This document shows positions 1 through 9,668 of a stretch of 40,994 nucleotides of DNA, one piece after another. Within the stretch, counting starts at the first letter, position 1. Each line of letters starts with the position of its first letter. The position numbers and the translations under genes were made by a program. Origin of the DNA: an uncultured Candidatus Saccharibacteria bacterium (GTDB lineage: Bacteria > Patescibacteriota > Saccharimonadia > Saccharimonadales > 2-12-FULL-41-12); NCBI GenBank assembly GCA_947085855.1, contig CAMTYB010000001.1:630427-671420 (forward strand). Direction: 5' to 3'. The notes below the pieces were generated by a model. The model had not been told where the DNA came from, searched no databases, and was given only the letters and a program-made list of their open reading frames with translations.

Positions 1-292
1 TCGCAACCACGGTATCGGAGGTTGTTATATCTCGTCTACCATATTTAAGCCCAAGCAAAACAACGCCCCAGCAAAGTAAACCGGCAGCAGCTGTTACGTA
101 GGTTGCCGGTCCAGCGCCTCCTTTGATTTGTAGAGCTACAATTAAGACCGTGAGCAGGCCCCATAACGACCAGCTATAGACATGTGGATGGGTTTTGCCT
201 TGTAGTATGTCTCGGTAGTAAGGTATGTACGCAATAAAGGTAAGGGCAACTGCTGCAAGTCCAATTATTTGTTTGATTTCATTGAGACTCAC
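1..292 (-). CDS. small integral membrane protein, partial (runs off the window edge)
   Basis: The minus-strand frame is open from the window edge up to a GTG at 292..290. My manual translation is VSLNEIKQIIGLAAVALTFIAYIPYYRDILQGKTHPHVYSWSLWGLLTVLIVALQIKGG..., which is strongly hydrophobic (2-3 likely TM helices). It is not in the supplied ORF track because it is open-ended. Start codon and function are unverified. Confidence 0.4.
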   Translation of the reverse strand, partial: MSLNEIKQIIGLAAVALTFIAYIPYYRDILQGKTHPHVYSWSLWGLLTVLIVALQIKGGAGPATYVTAAAGLLCWGVVLLGLKYGRRDITTSDTVVA

Positions 293-340
293 AGGTTCAG
301 TATAGTACAACTATAACTCTGGTGAAATGCAGTCTCAAGC

Positions 341-370
341 AAAAATAAAAACTCCTCGTTGCCGGGGAGT
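341..370 (-). terminator. rho-independent terminator downstream of tRNA-CAU
   Basis: On the minus strand, the stem ACTCC/GGAGT (351..370) is followed by TTTTTATTTTT (complement of 341..350). It lies 13 nt after the tRNA 3' end. Confidence 0.6.
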
Positions 371-382
371 TCGAATATCTTT

Positions 383-459
383 TGGTAGCAGCGACTGGGC
401 TCGAACCAGTGACCTCAGGCTTATGAGTCCTGCGCTCTAACCAACTGAGCTACGCTGCC
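383..459 (-). tRNA. tRNA with CAU anticodon (elongator Met-like; Ile2/lysidine type not excluded), CCA encoded
   Basis: The reverse complement reads GGCAGCG TA GCTC AGTTGGTTA GAGC G CAGGA CTCATAA GCCTG AGGTC ACTGG TTCGAGC CCAGT CGCTGCT A CCA. This is a full cloverleaf with a TTCGA T-loop. It is not initiator-like: there is no GGG/CCC run in the anticodon stem and positions 1:72 are paired (G.U). Confidence 0.9.
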
Positions 460-612
460 AAAGTCATAAAGGTTTTGATACTTCAGTCACAAGTGCATTT
501 ATTCATCTGGTGACATATTTTGTAAGTAACGGAAGCTAATATAACATTTTTCCTCTCTGTTAGCTAGTCTGGTTTGTGCCAGGAAGCCTGGTGTACTAGT
601 ATAAGGTTTTAG

Positions 613-1428
613 ATGTACGGTAAATCTATCGATACTTTGAGTGAACAAGAGCGGGCGAATTTAAGTCGCCCGTTTTTTATTGAGCCGGCAATCGATGGTG
701 TGTACGAGTTTGTGGATCCTGCAGAGCCGTTTCTCTCTTCTCACTCTGCTCTTATTGCCAAGCGAGCCCAACACCTCGGCTTCCCACACATAGTACTCAA
801 CAATGTTGAAGGTTTAGACTATTGCTCTATAGCCACAGATGCCGAGGCTAGCGGTGTGATGCCGGAGTGGTGGATAACAGCCAGAAGCGAAGAGCAGACT
901 GCGGTTTTGCACGGTACGCTCGGTTTTTCTCATACACGCTGGAACTTATTACGAAAGGACAATCAAGGGAGGCTTTACTTCAAAGATGCAGTCCGTGATA
1001 TGCCGGGTGAGATTAACTCGTTCGTATTAGCTGCAATAGCAAAGACTGATCTTCATAAAAAAAGTGCAATAATACTGGATGCTAAAGAAGCCGTTAGAAA
1101 ACAACACAACGAATGCGTATACAGTAATATTGAAAAGTCCATAAAATATGGTGGTCGCAACAATGAAGCCAAGCGACTGCTCGCTGTATACCACACGTTA
1201 GGCTTTCCCCAATTAAATTCTCATAGTGCAGATAAAATTATTTTCCCGCCTCAATACGACGAGCAAGCTCGCCAAAGAACAGAGCTGCCTATGTGGCTGC
1301 AAAAGGCCATGCGTGACCGAGACTTTGATGCTGAAGTCATGACTAAGATGCCGAAGGGGCCTCAAAAAAATGAGGAGCCTGTTTCTGTAACTCAACCACC
1401 GGCACAAACAACGGCGACGGCAGCTTAG
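613..1428 (+). CDS. hypothetical protein (no motif recognised)
   Basis: 271-aa ORF. Upstream there is a TTGTGC (574..579), 17 nt, then TAGTAT (597..602), then 10 nt to the ATG. This is the same promoter-abutting-start layout seen for many genes here. There is no recognisable domain. The low-complexity tail overlaps the 3' end of the convergent NUDIX gene. Confidence 0.55.
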   Translation: MYGKSIDTLSEQERANLSRPFFIEPAIDGVYEFVDPAEPFLSSHSALIAKRAQHLGFPHIVLNNVEGLDYCSIATDAEASGVMPEWWITARSEEQTAVLHGTLGFSHTRWNLLRKDNQGRLYFKDAVRDMPGEINSFVLAAIAKTDLHKKSAIILDAKEAVRKQHNECVYSNIEKSIKYGGRNNEAKRLLAVYHTLGFPQLNSHSADKIIFPPQYDEQARQRTELPMWLQKAMRDRDFDAEVMTKMPKGPQKNEEPVSVTQPPAQTTATAA

Positions 1429-1765
1429 CTGTATCGAACCAGTTAACGTCAACGAATTTGTCGGGCTCAGTAATAGTAGTCTCGCCGTCTGCCCAGTCGG
1501 CGCTTAGAAAAACTGTAATCGAATGTTTTTGTTCGTCCGGAAACAGATTATTGGTAACGGTCATGAGTTGCAGATTTTTGATATGGATACCGGTTTCTTC
1601 TAAGCATTCACGGGCGGCAGCCTCTTCGAATGTTTCTCCATATTCTTGGTACCCGCCCGGCACACTCCACATGCCTATGCCGTGCTTGCTAACACGCCGG
1701 CCCATCAAGAGTTTGCCGTCTTTCCAGACAAAAATACCAATACCTACAGCTGGTCGACTCGTCAT
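1343..1765 (-). CDS. NUDIX hydrolase
   Basis: Nudix box GGYQEYGETFEEAAARECLEETGI (GX5EX7REUXEEXGU). The start overlaps the stop of the upstream histidine phosphatase gene in an ATGA (1762..1765). Confidence 0.85.
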   Translation of the reverse strand: MTSRPAVGIGIFVWKDGKLLMGRRVSKHGIGMWSVPGGYQEYGETFEEAAARECLEETGIHIKNLQLMTVTNNLFPDEQKHSITVFLSADWADGETTITEPDKFVDVNWFDTAKLPSPLFVPVVELQKQAPHFFEAPSAS

Positions 1766-2304
1766 AACAGGCGTTCCGCCTCGGCATTGCTAAAGGTTTT
1801 GCCGCGAACATGAAGTGGTTTTTTGGCAACCGAACGCCGTAGTGCTCGGCCAAATGCACCATGCCCGACCACCAGGATTGTGTCGTGAGGTAGTTTGTGT
1901 AGCTCCTCGAGCATTTGATCGGCTCGCTTTTGTAGGGCCTCCAGTGATTCCACATTTGGAAAATCATCTATAGCCGACTCATCCAGTAAGTATCTGGTGG
2001 CGGTGACGAGATCTTTACGGCCTTCTAGATCGCCAAAACTTCGCTCCACTAATGAGGAGTGAAGCTTAATATTTTCAGGTGGATATTCAAGCGCAGACGC
2101 AATGTGATGGGCTGTTTGATGAGCACGGGTGAGCGGCGAGGAAAGGATAATATCAACCGCTAAACCCTGTTCTCGGAGATTTTTACCAGCTTTTTTGGCT
2201 TGATCATGACCCTTCTCGGTGAGAGGGGAATCAGTTGAACCGGTCCATTTGTGTGCTTTGTTAAATTCGCTTTCGCCATGTCGTACAAAATAAAGTTGTT
2301 TCAT
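1762..2304 (-). CDS. histidine phosphatase (phosphoglycerate mutase-like) family protein
   Basis: RHG motif right after the start (MKQLYFVRHGESEFN) and a second catalytic His region (LVVGHGAFGRAL). I prefer the ATG at 2304 over the track start at 2343, which would overlap tilS. Confidence 0.8.
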   Translation of the reverse strand: MKQLYFVRHGESEFNKAHKWTGSTDSPLTEKGHDQAKKAGKNLREQGLAVDIILSSPLTRAHQTAHHIASALEYPPENIKLHSSLVERSFGDLEGRKDLVTATRYLLDESAIDDFPNVESLEALQKRADQMLEELHKLPHDTILVVGHGAFGRALRRSVAKKPLHVRGKTFSNAEAERLL

Positions 2305-2325
2305 CTTGCTACAATTATTACAGAT

Positions 2326-3210
2326 ATGAAGATGGATATACAACCAGGACGCTACGTTGTAGCAGTATCGGGCGGCGTTGATTCAGTTGTGCTGCTAGAC
2401 ATGTTGACTCAAGAATCCGGCCTCGAACTTGTAGTGGCTCACTTTGATCATGGCATTCGTAAGGAGTCGGTTGAAGACGCTATATTCGTGGGCCAGCTCG
2501 CTCAAAAATACCATCTACAATTCTTGAGCGAGCGTGCTGAGCTGGGAGTTGAGGCCAGCGAAGCTACGGCTCGTCGTCATCGCTATGAATTTTTGAACAA
2601 GGTAAAGCAGACTGTTGATGCGCGGGCTATCATTACAGCTCACCATCAAGATGACCTGATCGAAACGGCGTTGCTCAATGTGCTGCGTGGTACGCAGCAC
2701 AAAGGCTTGGTGTCGCTACAGTCATCCGATGAATTAATTCGCCCATTATTGAACATGTCAAAAGACCAGTTGGTGAAGTATGCGCAATCGCATGAGCTGG
2801 AGTGGCGCGAGGATACGAGCAATCAAGACATGCGCTATAAGCGAAACGAGCTACGTAATGTATTGAAAGATTCGTTATCTCCTAAACGAAGGCAGCAAAT
2901 TGTTGAGCAGCTACAACAAGTAAAAGATCAAAGCCAGCAGATCGAAGCGGTCGCGCAGGTGATTTTATCTAGTCAGCCGTCCGGTGCAATCGATCGAAAT
3001 TTACTGAAAGATCTTGATGATATGGTTGCGTGCGAGCTTGTTGCTGAGTGGTTACGGTTGAATCAAATTGGCTTTGATCGTAAGACAGTTGAGAGGGTAG
3101 TACGAGGGAATCGACAGCTGGGCACTGGTTCGCAAATTGATCTGCAAGCTAATTATTATTGTCTGTTGCAAAAACAACAGATTGTCTTAATGCGGCGAGA
3201 CTCTGTATAA
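2326..3210 (+). CDS. tilS: tRNA(Ile)-lysidine synthetase
   Basis: PP-loop motif VAVSGGVDSVVLLDML near the N-terminus, plus TilS-like HHQDDLIET and a C-terminal substrate-binding-like region. Start moved to the ATG at 2326 (MKMDIQPGRY). The track start at 2251 lies inside the divergent gene. Confidence 0.85.
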   Translation: MKMDIQPGRYVVAVSGGVDSVVLLDMLTQESGLELVVAHFDHGIRKESVEDAIFVGQLAQKYHLQFLSERAELGVEASEATARRHRYEFLNKVKQTVDARAIITAHHQDDLIETALLNVLRGTQHKGLVSLQSSDELIRPLLNMSKDQLVKYAQSHELEWREDTSNQDMRYKRNELRNVLKDSLSPKRRQQIVEQLQQVKDQSQQIEAVAQVILSSQPSGAIDRNLLKDLDDMVACELVAEWLRLNQIGFDRKTVERVVRGNRQLGTGSQIDLQANYYCLLQKQQIVLMRRDSV

Positions 3211-3222
3211 TACACCAAGCAT

Positions 3223-5094
3223 ATGGAAAAGAAGTCTTTTAAGAACTCACCGGGTGGAGCACCGAACCGTAAGAAGGGATTTAGAAATGTCGGCTTTGTT
3301 GCCCTCATAATTCTCTTTGGTCTTGTTATCTTTTCGGCCATGAATCAGCCGACAAAACTACAAGAAGTTGCTCTCTCTGACACAATCAAACGTGCCAACA
3401 GTGGCGAGGTTAAAAAGCTCGAAATTTCTGGTGATTCAATCGAGATAACCAAGAAAGATGAAGATAAGGCCACGCAACAGTCTCGTCAACAGGCTGGCTC
3501 AAGCATTTACGATCAGGGTCTCAACAAAGACGCACCAGTCGAAGTTGTTATCAAGCCGGAGTCAAACAGCAGCACAATATGGACTAATATTGCCTTGAGT
3601 TTATTGCCAATCCTGGTAATCACCGCCATCTTGTTTTACATGCTCAAGAGCGCTCAAGGGCAGGGTAATCAAGCGCTGAGCTTTGGCAAGAGCCGGGCTC
3701 GTTTGTATGGTAATGAAAAAGAAAAAGCAACCTTTGCTAGTATTGCCGGTAGCGAAGAAGCTAAAGAAGATTTGCAAGAAATTGTTGAATTCTTGAAGTA
3801 CCCAAAGAAGTTTGACGCCGTCGGTGCTCGAATTCCCAAAGGTGTTTTGCTCGTAGGCCCTCCAGGAACTGGTAAAACTATGCTGGCTCGTGCAGTTGCT
3901 GGCGAAGCCGATGCCCCATTCTTTAGTATTAGTGGTTCAGAATTTGTCGAAATGTTTGTGGGTGTTGGCGCATCTCGTGTTCGCGATCTGTTTGCCAAAG
4001 CTAAAAAGAACGCCCCATGCATCATATTTGTTGATGAAATTGACGCTGTTGGTCGCCGCCGAGGCAGCGGTATGGGTGGTGGTCATGACGAGCGTGAACA
4101 GACCTTGAACCAGATTCTGGTTGAAATGGATGGCTTTGAGCAAGGCCAAAACGTCATTGTCCTCGCCGCCACCAACCGAGCTGATGTACTTGATCCAGCC
4201 CTTTTGCGACCGGGTCGCTTTGACCGCCGGGTTCACATTGGTTTGCCTGACCGTCGCGATCGTGAAGCCATTCTAAAAGTTCACTTGAAGAAGAAACCAA
4301 TTGCCAAAGCTGTCGATATTCCTGCGTTGGCTGGCAAAACTGCTGGTAGCTCTGGCGCCGACCTAGCTAACATCGCCAACGAAGCAGCGATTTTGGCTGC
4401 CCGCAAGAACAGTAAAGAAATTACCAACGACATTATCACCGAAGCCTTCGAAAAAGTTGCGATTGGCCCTGAGCGCAAGAGCAAAGTCATGAGTGACTTC
4501 GAAAAAGAACTGACAGCCTACCATGAAGCCGGCCATGCCATTGTCGGCCATGTTTTGCCAGATAGCGACTTAGTACACAAAGTGACGATTATCCCGCGTG
4601 GTGGTACTGGTGGCGTAACGTGGTTTATCCCGCCGGATGATAAGAGCTACCACAGTATTCGTGAATACAAAGATATTTTGGCACGTATGCTGGGCGGCCG
4701 GATTGCCGAAGAAGTTATTTACGGTCAAGACCGAGTAACGACTGGTGCTGGCTCTGATCTGCAAAAAGCTGCCGAGCTAGCTCGAGAGATGATTATCAAT
4801 CAGGGAATGGGCTCAAAGCTCCGCGATCAAGTTTTCCAAGTTGAGTCTGGCATGATGTTTGATCGCATGACTCACGAGCGTCAATATTCTGAAGATACCG
4901 CCAAGATCATTGATGACGAAGTCGAAGCTCTGATTACTGAAGCAGCCACCCGTGCTCGTGAAGTCATTACTTCAAACCGTAGTCACCTTAAAGATTTGAA
5001 AGATGTGTTGCTCGAGAAAGAAACAATCGAAGCCGATGAAGTCATTAAGATTCTCGAAGGCTCAAAACTGCCTAAAAGCGCCGCACTTTACTAG
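3223..5094 (+). CDS. ftsH: ATP-dependent zinc metalloprotease FtsH
   Basis: N-terminal TM pair, AAA+ Walker A GPPGTGKT, Walker [12 protein letters not shown] region, and zinc motif HEAGHA. Confidence 0.97.
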   Translation: MEKKSFKNSPGGAPNRKKGFRNVGFVALIILFGLVIFSAMNQPTKLQEVALSDTIKRANSGEVKKLEISGDSIEITKKDEDKATQQSRQQAGSSIYDQGLNKDAPVEVVIKPESNSSTIWTNIALSLLPILVITAILFYMLKSAQGQGNQALSFGKSRARLYGNEKEKATFASIAGSEEAKEDLQEIVEFLKYPKKFDAVGARIPKGVLLVGPPGTGKTMLARAVAGEADAPFFSISGSEFVEMFVGVGASRVRDLFAKAKKNAPCIIFVDEIDAVGRRRGSGMGGGHDEREQTLNQILVEMDGFEQGQNVIVLAATNRADVLDPALLRPGRFDRRVHIGLPDRRDREAILKVHLKKKPIAKAVDIPALAGKTAGSSGADLANIANEAAILAARKNSKEITNDIITEAFEKVAIGPERKSKVMSDFEKELTAYHEAGHAIVGHVLPDSDLVHKVTIIPRGGTGGVTWFIPPDDKSYHSIREYKDILARMLGGRIAEEVIYGQDRVTTGAGSDLQKAAELAREMIINQGMGSKLRDQVFQVESGMMFDRMTHERQYSEDTAKIIDDEVEALITEAATRAREVITSNRSHLKDLKDVLLEKETIEADEVIKILEGSKLPKSAALY

Positions 5095-5148
5095 ACATCG
5101 TAGTTTCACCTGTTAAAACAGGACTGACATGCTTATAATAGATGGTTA

Positions 5149-6744
5149 GTGAATCGTCCAAGACGTTTAATGACCCGTGCCAACAAGCGAATTAGTCTCG
5201 GCAATGCCGCGGCGTTGTTAATTGTAGCTTCGTTAATTGGCCAAGTCTTAGGTTTCTTGAGAACCAAGATGGTCAATGCCAACTTCGATGCGTTTGGACC
5301 TCAAAGCACCGATGCTTACTTTGCCGCCTTTAAAATCCCAGACCTCTTTTTCTTCACAGTTGCCGCCGGTGCACTTGGCGTTGCATTTATGCCATTCTTG
5401 GCCGATAAGCTTGCCAAAGGCGACCGTAAAGCCATCTGGGAGTTGAGTAATAGCCTGTTGAACTTGTTGGCAATTGTCATGTTCTTTGTTGGCATCATCA
5501 TTTTTGTATTTGCTGAGCCGCTCATCAACTATGTGGTGGCGCCAACCATGACCGACGAGCAGTTGCATAACGCGACGACAATCATGCAACTGATTGCGTT
5601 TAACCCATTACTGTTTACGATTTCTGGTATTCTTACGAGCGTCCAGCAGACGTTTGGTAGATTCTTCTTCTTTGCAATTGCACCACTGTTCTACAACGTT
5701 TCAATCATCGTCAGCATATATGTATTCCAAGACAACGTTGGCATTGTCGGACTCGGCTTAGGCGCCATGATTGGTGCAGTCTTGCAGCTACTCGTTGCCT
5801 TGCTCGGATTCATCGGCCTACGCTACAAGTATAGCCAGAAGATAAGTTGGCGTAGTCCTGATTTTCGTCGTATGCTCAAGCAACTTCCGCCGCGCTCGCT
5901 GGACCAAGGCATTGATTCGGTTAACAGTATTGTTGAAACCAACTTGGCTCGTCGACTTGGCGAAGGTAAGTTGAGTTTTTACGAAAACGCTTTTATTTTA
6001 CACTCAGCGCCAACGCTATTGATTGGCACGACAATTTCAACCGCAGCCTTTCCGCGCCTCAACGATCGATTGGCACAAAATCGGAGCGACCTGTTCCGTA
6101 AAGACTTCCTGCAAATCCTACGGGCTATTATATGGATAACCTTGCCGGTGGCCGTTATTACGTATTTTGCTCGTGGTTATTTTGCTCGTTTAATTTTTAC
6201 TAACCATGCACCCGAGATTGCTTTGATCCTAGGCTTCTTTACCGGAGCAATTTTATTCCGAACTATCTATGCGTTTGTGTCACGTTGGTTTTACGCCCAG
6301 AAGGATACCCGGACGCCGTTGTATGTCTCTATTTTTGCCATTGTTTTGAATATTGTATTGGCGTACATTTTGTCACGGCCGACAGCCTATGACGTAGCCG
6401 GTTTGGCTATGGCCCAGTCAATTGTGGCTGCCGCCGAAGTCTTCATTTTGTTTATTGTCATGATTATGCGTGACCATAAACTGCTCGATCGTCATTTTTG
6501 GGGCGGATTGTACCGCATTTTGTCTGTGACAGGCTTTACGATCATAGCAGCCTACACCATGGTAGCGTTGCTGCCATTGAGCACGGGCGACCGAGGATTT
6601 ATTACGCTTGGCTCAAAGCTGGGGGCTATTGCTATCGTGACGCTTGGAGTGCACTTTACTATGTCAGCGATCTTCGGGCTGGATGAAGTTAAGCCGGTTG
6701 TGGCCAAGGTCAAAAAACTGATTATGACGCCTGTTAAGATCTAA
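5149..6744 (+). CDS. murJ: lipid II flippase MurJ (MviN family)
   Basis: 531-aa polytopic membrane protein with a MurJ-type N-terminus (GQVLGFLRTKMVNANFDAFGPQSTDAYFAAFKIPDLFF...GALGVAFMPFL). GTG start. Confidence 0.85.
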   Translation: MNRPRRLMTRANKRISLGNAAALLIVASLIGQVLGFLRTKMVNANFDAFGPQSTDAYFAAFKIPDLFFFTVAAGALGVAFMPFLADKLAKGDRKAIWELSNSLLNLLAIVMFFVGIIIFVFAEPLINYVVAPTMTDEQLHNATTIMQLIAFNPLLFTISGILTSVQQTFGRFFFFAIAPLFYNVSIIVSIYVFQDNVGIVGLGLGAMIGAVLQLLVALLGFIGLRYKYSQKISWRSPDFRRMLKQLPPRSLDQGIDSVNSIVETNLARRLGEGKLSFYENAFILHSAPTLLIGTTISTAAFPRLNDRLAQNRSDLFRKDFLQILRAIIWITLPVAVITYFARGYFARLIFTNHAPEIALILGFFTGAILFRTIYAFVSRWFYAQKDTRTPLYVSIFAIVLNIVLAYILSRPTAYDVAGLAMAQSIVAAAEVFILFIVMIMRDHKLLDRHFWGGLYRILSVTGFTIIAAYTMVALLPLSTGDRGFITLGSKLGAIAIVTLGVHFTMSAIFGLDEVKPVVAKVKKLIMTPVKI

Positions 6745-6786
6745 TCTGACGTAAACCACCATCACCTCTGTTATAATTGAGCCAAC

Positions 6787-8568
6787 ATGAGTCAAACAGA
6801 TATTCGTAATTTTTGCATTATTGCTCACATTGATCACGGTAAGAGCACCTTAGCCGACCGGCTATTGGAAATTACCGGCACTGTTCAGAAGCGTGACATG
6901 AAAGCACAGCTGCTCGACAAGATGGATTTGGAGCGTGAGAAGGGAATCACCATTAAATTGGCGCCAGTGCGCATGGAGCATAAAGGCGTACAACTTAATT
7001 TGATCGATACACCTGGTCACGTAGACTTTTCTTACGAAGTCTCTCGTAGCCTGGAAGCCTGTGAAGGCGCGGTTTTGGTGGTTGATGCAAGTCAAGGCAT
7101 TCAAGCCCAAACCATTGCCAATGTGTATTTGGCGTTAGGTGCTGATCTAAAAATCATCCCAGTCCTCAATAAAATAGATTTGCCAGCAGCTGATGTGCCG
7201 CGCGTTACGAGAGAGGTAGTTAATCTACTTGGCTGTGATCCGGAAGAAATTTTGCATATTAGTGCCAAGACGGGCGAAGGGGTAGAGACAGTACTGGAAG
7301 CAGTGATTGAGCGAATTCAGCCTCCACAACCAGTTGAGCCTACAACGACGCGAGCACTGATTTTTGATAGCTATTACGACGACTATCGCGGTGTAGTGCT
7401 CTATATTCGAGCGGTTGATGGCATCATCAAAAAGAACGCTACTGTAAAGATGATGGCCACCAGTGCCGAAGGACTTGCCCTAGAAGTAGGCTGCCTCAAG
7501 CCTGCCATGTCGCCGCAGTCTCAAATTGGCACCGGTGAGATTGGGTATATTGTTACAAATTTACGCAGTACACGTGAAGCTAAGGTTGGCGACACTATTA
7601 CGCTAGCGAGTAGTCCTGCCGAGAACCCGTTGCCGGGCTATAAAGATGTGATGCCCTTTGTGTATGCCGGCTTTTTCCCTGAGAGTAATGAACAGTATCA
7701 GGATCTCAAAGATGCTATAGAAAAGCTTGCTCTGAGTGACTCAGCTTTGCAATATGAACTAGAGAATTCACCGGTACTTGGTTTTGGGGTGCGGATTGGC
7801 TTTTTGGGTTTGCTCCATATGGATATTGTTCGTGAACGACTCGAACGCGAATACAACCTTGATCTTATTGTCACCAACCCAAGTACAGACTATAAAGTAC
7901 GATTATTAACCGATGATGAAATCGACATAAAAAGTGCGGCTGATCTACCTGATCCAGCCAAAATTGCCGAGATTGCCGAACCATGGATCAAAGGTGAGAT
8001 TGTGGTACCCAATGATTACGTCGGTGCCGTTATCCAGTTAGTTTCTGGCAAGCGTGGCGTTCACAAGAATGTTAGCTATATCGATGATCAACTAGCGTTA
8101 GTGAGTTTTGACGCCCCACTTGCGAATTTATTGACTGATTTTTATGACCAGCTCAAAAGTGTTACGAGTGGGTACGGTAGCTTCAACTATGAACTCGATA
8201 GTTATCGGGTTGAAGATTTAGTGAGGCTCGATTTTTATGTGGCTGGCGAAATGGTTACTGCGCTATCTATCATGGTACATAAAACCGAAGCTGAATCGGT
8301 TGGACGTGATGTGGTGTCTAAACTAAAAGAAGTTATCCCGCGCCAGAACTTCCAGGTTCCGTTGCAGGCAGCAATCGGCGGTCGTTTTATTGCTCGCGAG
8401 GACATCAAAGCTTATCGCAAAGATGTTACGGCAAAATTATATGGTGGTGACGTTAGTCGTCGCAAAAAACTATTAGCTAAACAGAAAAAAGGGAAGGCTC
8501 GCGCCAAGCGATTCGGCAATGTTGATATACCGGCTGAAGCTTTTACGGTGCTACTGAAGAGGGATTAA
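6787..8568 (+). CDS. lepA: translation elongation factor 4 (LepA)
   Basis: GTPase motifs IRNFCIIAHIDHGKSTLADRLL, DTPGHVDF and NKIDL, plus the LepA-specific C-terminal domain (...RRKKLLAKQKKGKARAKRFGNVDIPAEAF). Confidence 0.97.
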   Translation: MSQTDIRNFCIIAHIDHGKSTLADRLLEITGTVQKRDMKAQLLDKMDLEREKGITIKLAPVRMEHKGVQLNLIDTPGHVDFSYEVSRSLEACEGAVLVVDASQGIQAQTIANVYLALGADLKIIPVLNKIDLPAADVPRVTREVVNLLGCDPEEILHISAKTGEGVETVLEAVIERIQPPQPVEPTTTRALIFDSYYDDYRGVVLYIRAVDGIIKKNATVKMMATSAEGLALEVGCLKPAMSPQSQIGTGEIGYIVTNLRSTREAKVGDTITLASSPAENPLPGYKDVMPFVYAGFFPESNEQYQDLKDAIEKLALSDSALQYELENSPVLGFGVRIGFLGLLHMDIVRERLEREYNLDLIVTNPSTDYKVRLLTDDEIDIKSAADLPDPAKIAEIAEPWIKGEIVVPNDYVGAVIQLVSGKRGVHKNVSYIDDQLALVSFDAPLANLLTDFYDQLKSVTSGYGSFNYELDSYRVEDLVRLDFYVAGEMVTALSIMVHKTEAESVGRDVVSKLKEVIPRQNFQVPLQAAIGGRFIAREDIKAYRKDVTAKLYGGDVSRRKKLLAKQKKGKARAKRFGNVDIPAEAFTVLLKRD

Positions 8569-9282
8569 ATGAGTCGATTATTAACTGCCGAAGAAGCCAG
8601 CCGCTTCAAAAATTTAGTCGGTTTCTACGCACCGCATCCCGATGTGCTTAAGGCGTTTCAAACAAGTAATTTCGCAGTTATTGCTGGCCCTGCCGGTGCT
8701 GGGAAAGATACGCTACGCAATGCATTGTTGAAAAACTACGCCGATACATATGTTCCAATTTTATCTACCACCAGTCGCCCGCCACGGACGGGCGAAGTTG
8801 ATGGCGAAACATATCATTTCCGTGAAATTGAGCAAATAGAGGAAGGAATTATTAACCAGGAGTTCTTTCAGATTGCCCTCGTACATAACCAGCAAGTTTC
8901 GTGTCTACATGTTGATGAAGTCAATAAGCTAGCCACCGGCCAGTGTGGTTTAAGTATCCTCGTTACCGACACGGAAGAGGAAGTGAGGGAGATTAAACCT
9001 GATCTCAAGACACTTTTTTTGGTGCCACCGACGATCGAAGAGTTTCAACGACGCATGCAGGAGGGTAGGGAGCTAAGAGATGATGAGATTAACCGCCGAA
9101 CAACGGCTGCAAAACAAGAAATGCAAGCTGCGCTGAATAATCCCCATTACTATTGTCTCGTGAGTGAAACGGTACCAGCTGTTACTACTTTGGCGCACCA
9201 ATTTCTTCAGACGGATATGCGAAATCAGACCGAAGATGAGCGAGCCCGACAAATCATGAAAGAGCTCATCGAAACACTTTAA
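8569..9282 (+). CDS. guanylate kinase-like P-loop kinase, paralog 1
   Basis: P-loop AGPAGAGKDT and a Gmk-type substrate motif STTSRPPRTGEVDGETYHF. The GNxYGT-type motif is replaced (HNQQVSC). The ATG directly abuts the lepA stop. Confidence 0.7.
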   Translation: MSRLLTAEEASRFKNLVGFYAPHPDVLKAFQTSNFAVIAGPAGAGKDTLRNALLKNYADTYVPILSTTSRPPRTGEVDGETYHFREIEQIEEGIINQEFFQIALVHNQQVSCLHVDEVNKLATGQCGLSILVTDTEEEVREIKPDLKTLFLVPPTIEEFQRRMQEGRELRDDEINRRTTAAKQEMQAALNNPHYYCLVSETVPAVTTLAHQFLQTDMRNQTEDERARQIMKELIETL

Positions 9283-9327
9283 GGAGTCTTTAATATTGCA
9301 GTAATAAATGGATGGTAAAATAAACGT

Positions 9328-9612
9328 ATGAATAGTCAAAATAAAAATCCAGACCCAGATGCCGATAAGATTTCTTTTACTGAGGCAGAAATACGATTCA
9401 TCAAGAAACTAGATGAGAAGCGCGTTAAAACTGAAGATCGCTTCCCGCTCGTAACGGCGTTACTAGCCACTTTTGGCTTTGTCTCTCTGTTGTACGGGTT
9501 TGAGAAGCTCATTGATCAAAATGATTTTCTAACCCGCAACCCATTGCTGCTATTAGTTATCGGCCTGACCACTCTCGGTATCACCGGCAAGATATACAAG
9601 AAACTTAATTGA
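9328..9612 (+). CDS. small membrane protein (2 predicted TM helices), hypothetical
   Basis: 94-aa ORF with hydrophobic segments LVTALLATFGFVSLLYGF and LLLLVIGLTTLGITG. An extended -10 (TGgTAAAAT, 9313..9321) lies 6 nt before the ATG. Confidence 0.5.
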   Translation: MNSQNKNPDPDADKISFTEAEIRFIKKLDEKRVKTEDRFPLVTALLATFGFVSLLYGFEKLIDQNDFLTRNPLLLLVIGLTTLGITGKIYKKLN

Positions 9613-9668
9613 GATTGACAATAGTTGAGAATGTATATAATAATTAATTCTTTAATGAGGATTAGCGT

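Noticed and set aside
2251-2343. Track-predicted long N-termini that make tilS (2251) and the histidine phosphatase (2343) overlap head to head.
   Set aside because: The conserved motifs begin right after the internal ATGs (2326 MKMDIQ...SGGVDS; 2304 MKQLYFVRHG). The extensions are non-conserved-looking and mutually overlapping. Similar N-terminal over-extensions were rejected at 11638, 22633, 30076, 36051, 37109 and 38844.
5104-5124. A possible terminator hairpin after ftsH (CCTGTTAAAACAGG).
   Set aside because: The stem is only 4-5 bp with no U-run. A similar weak hairpin after dnaJ (GTAACT-N7-AGTTAC, 15412..15430) also lacks a U-run.
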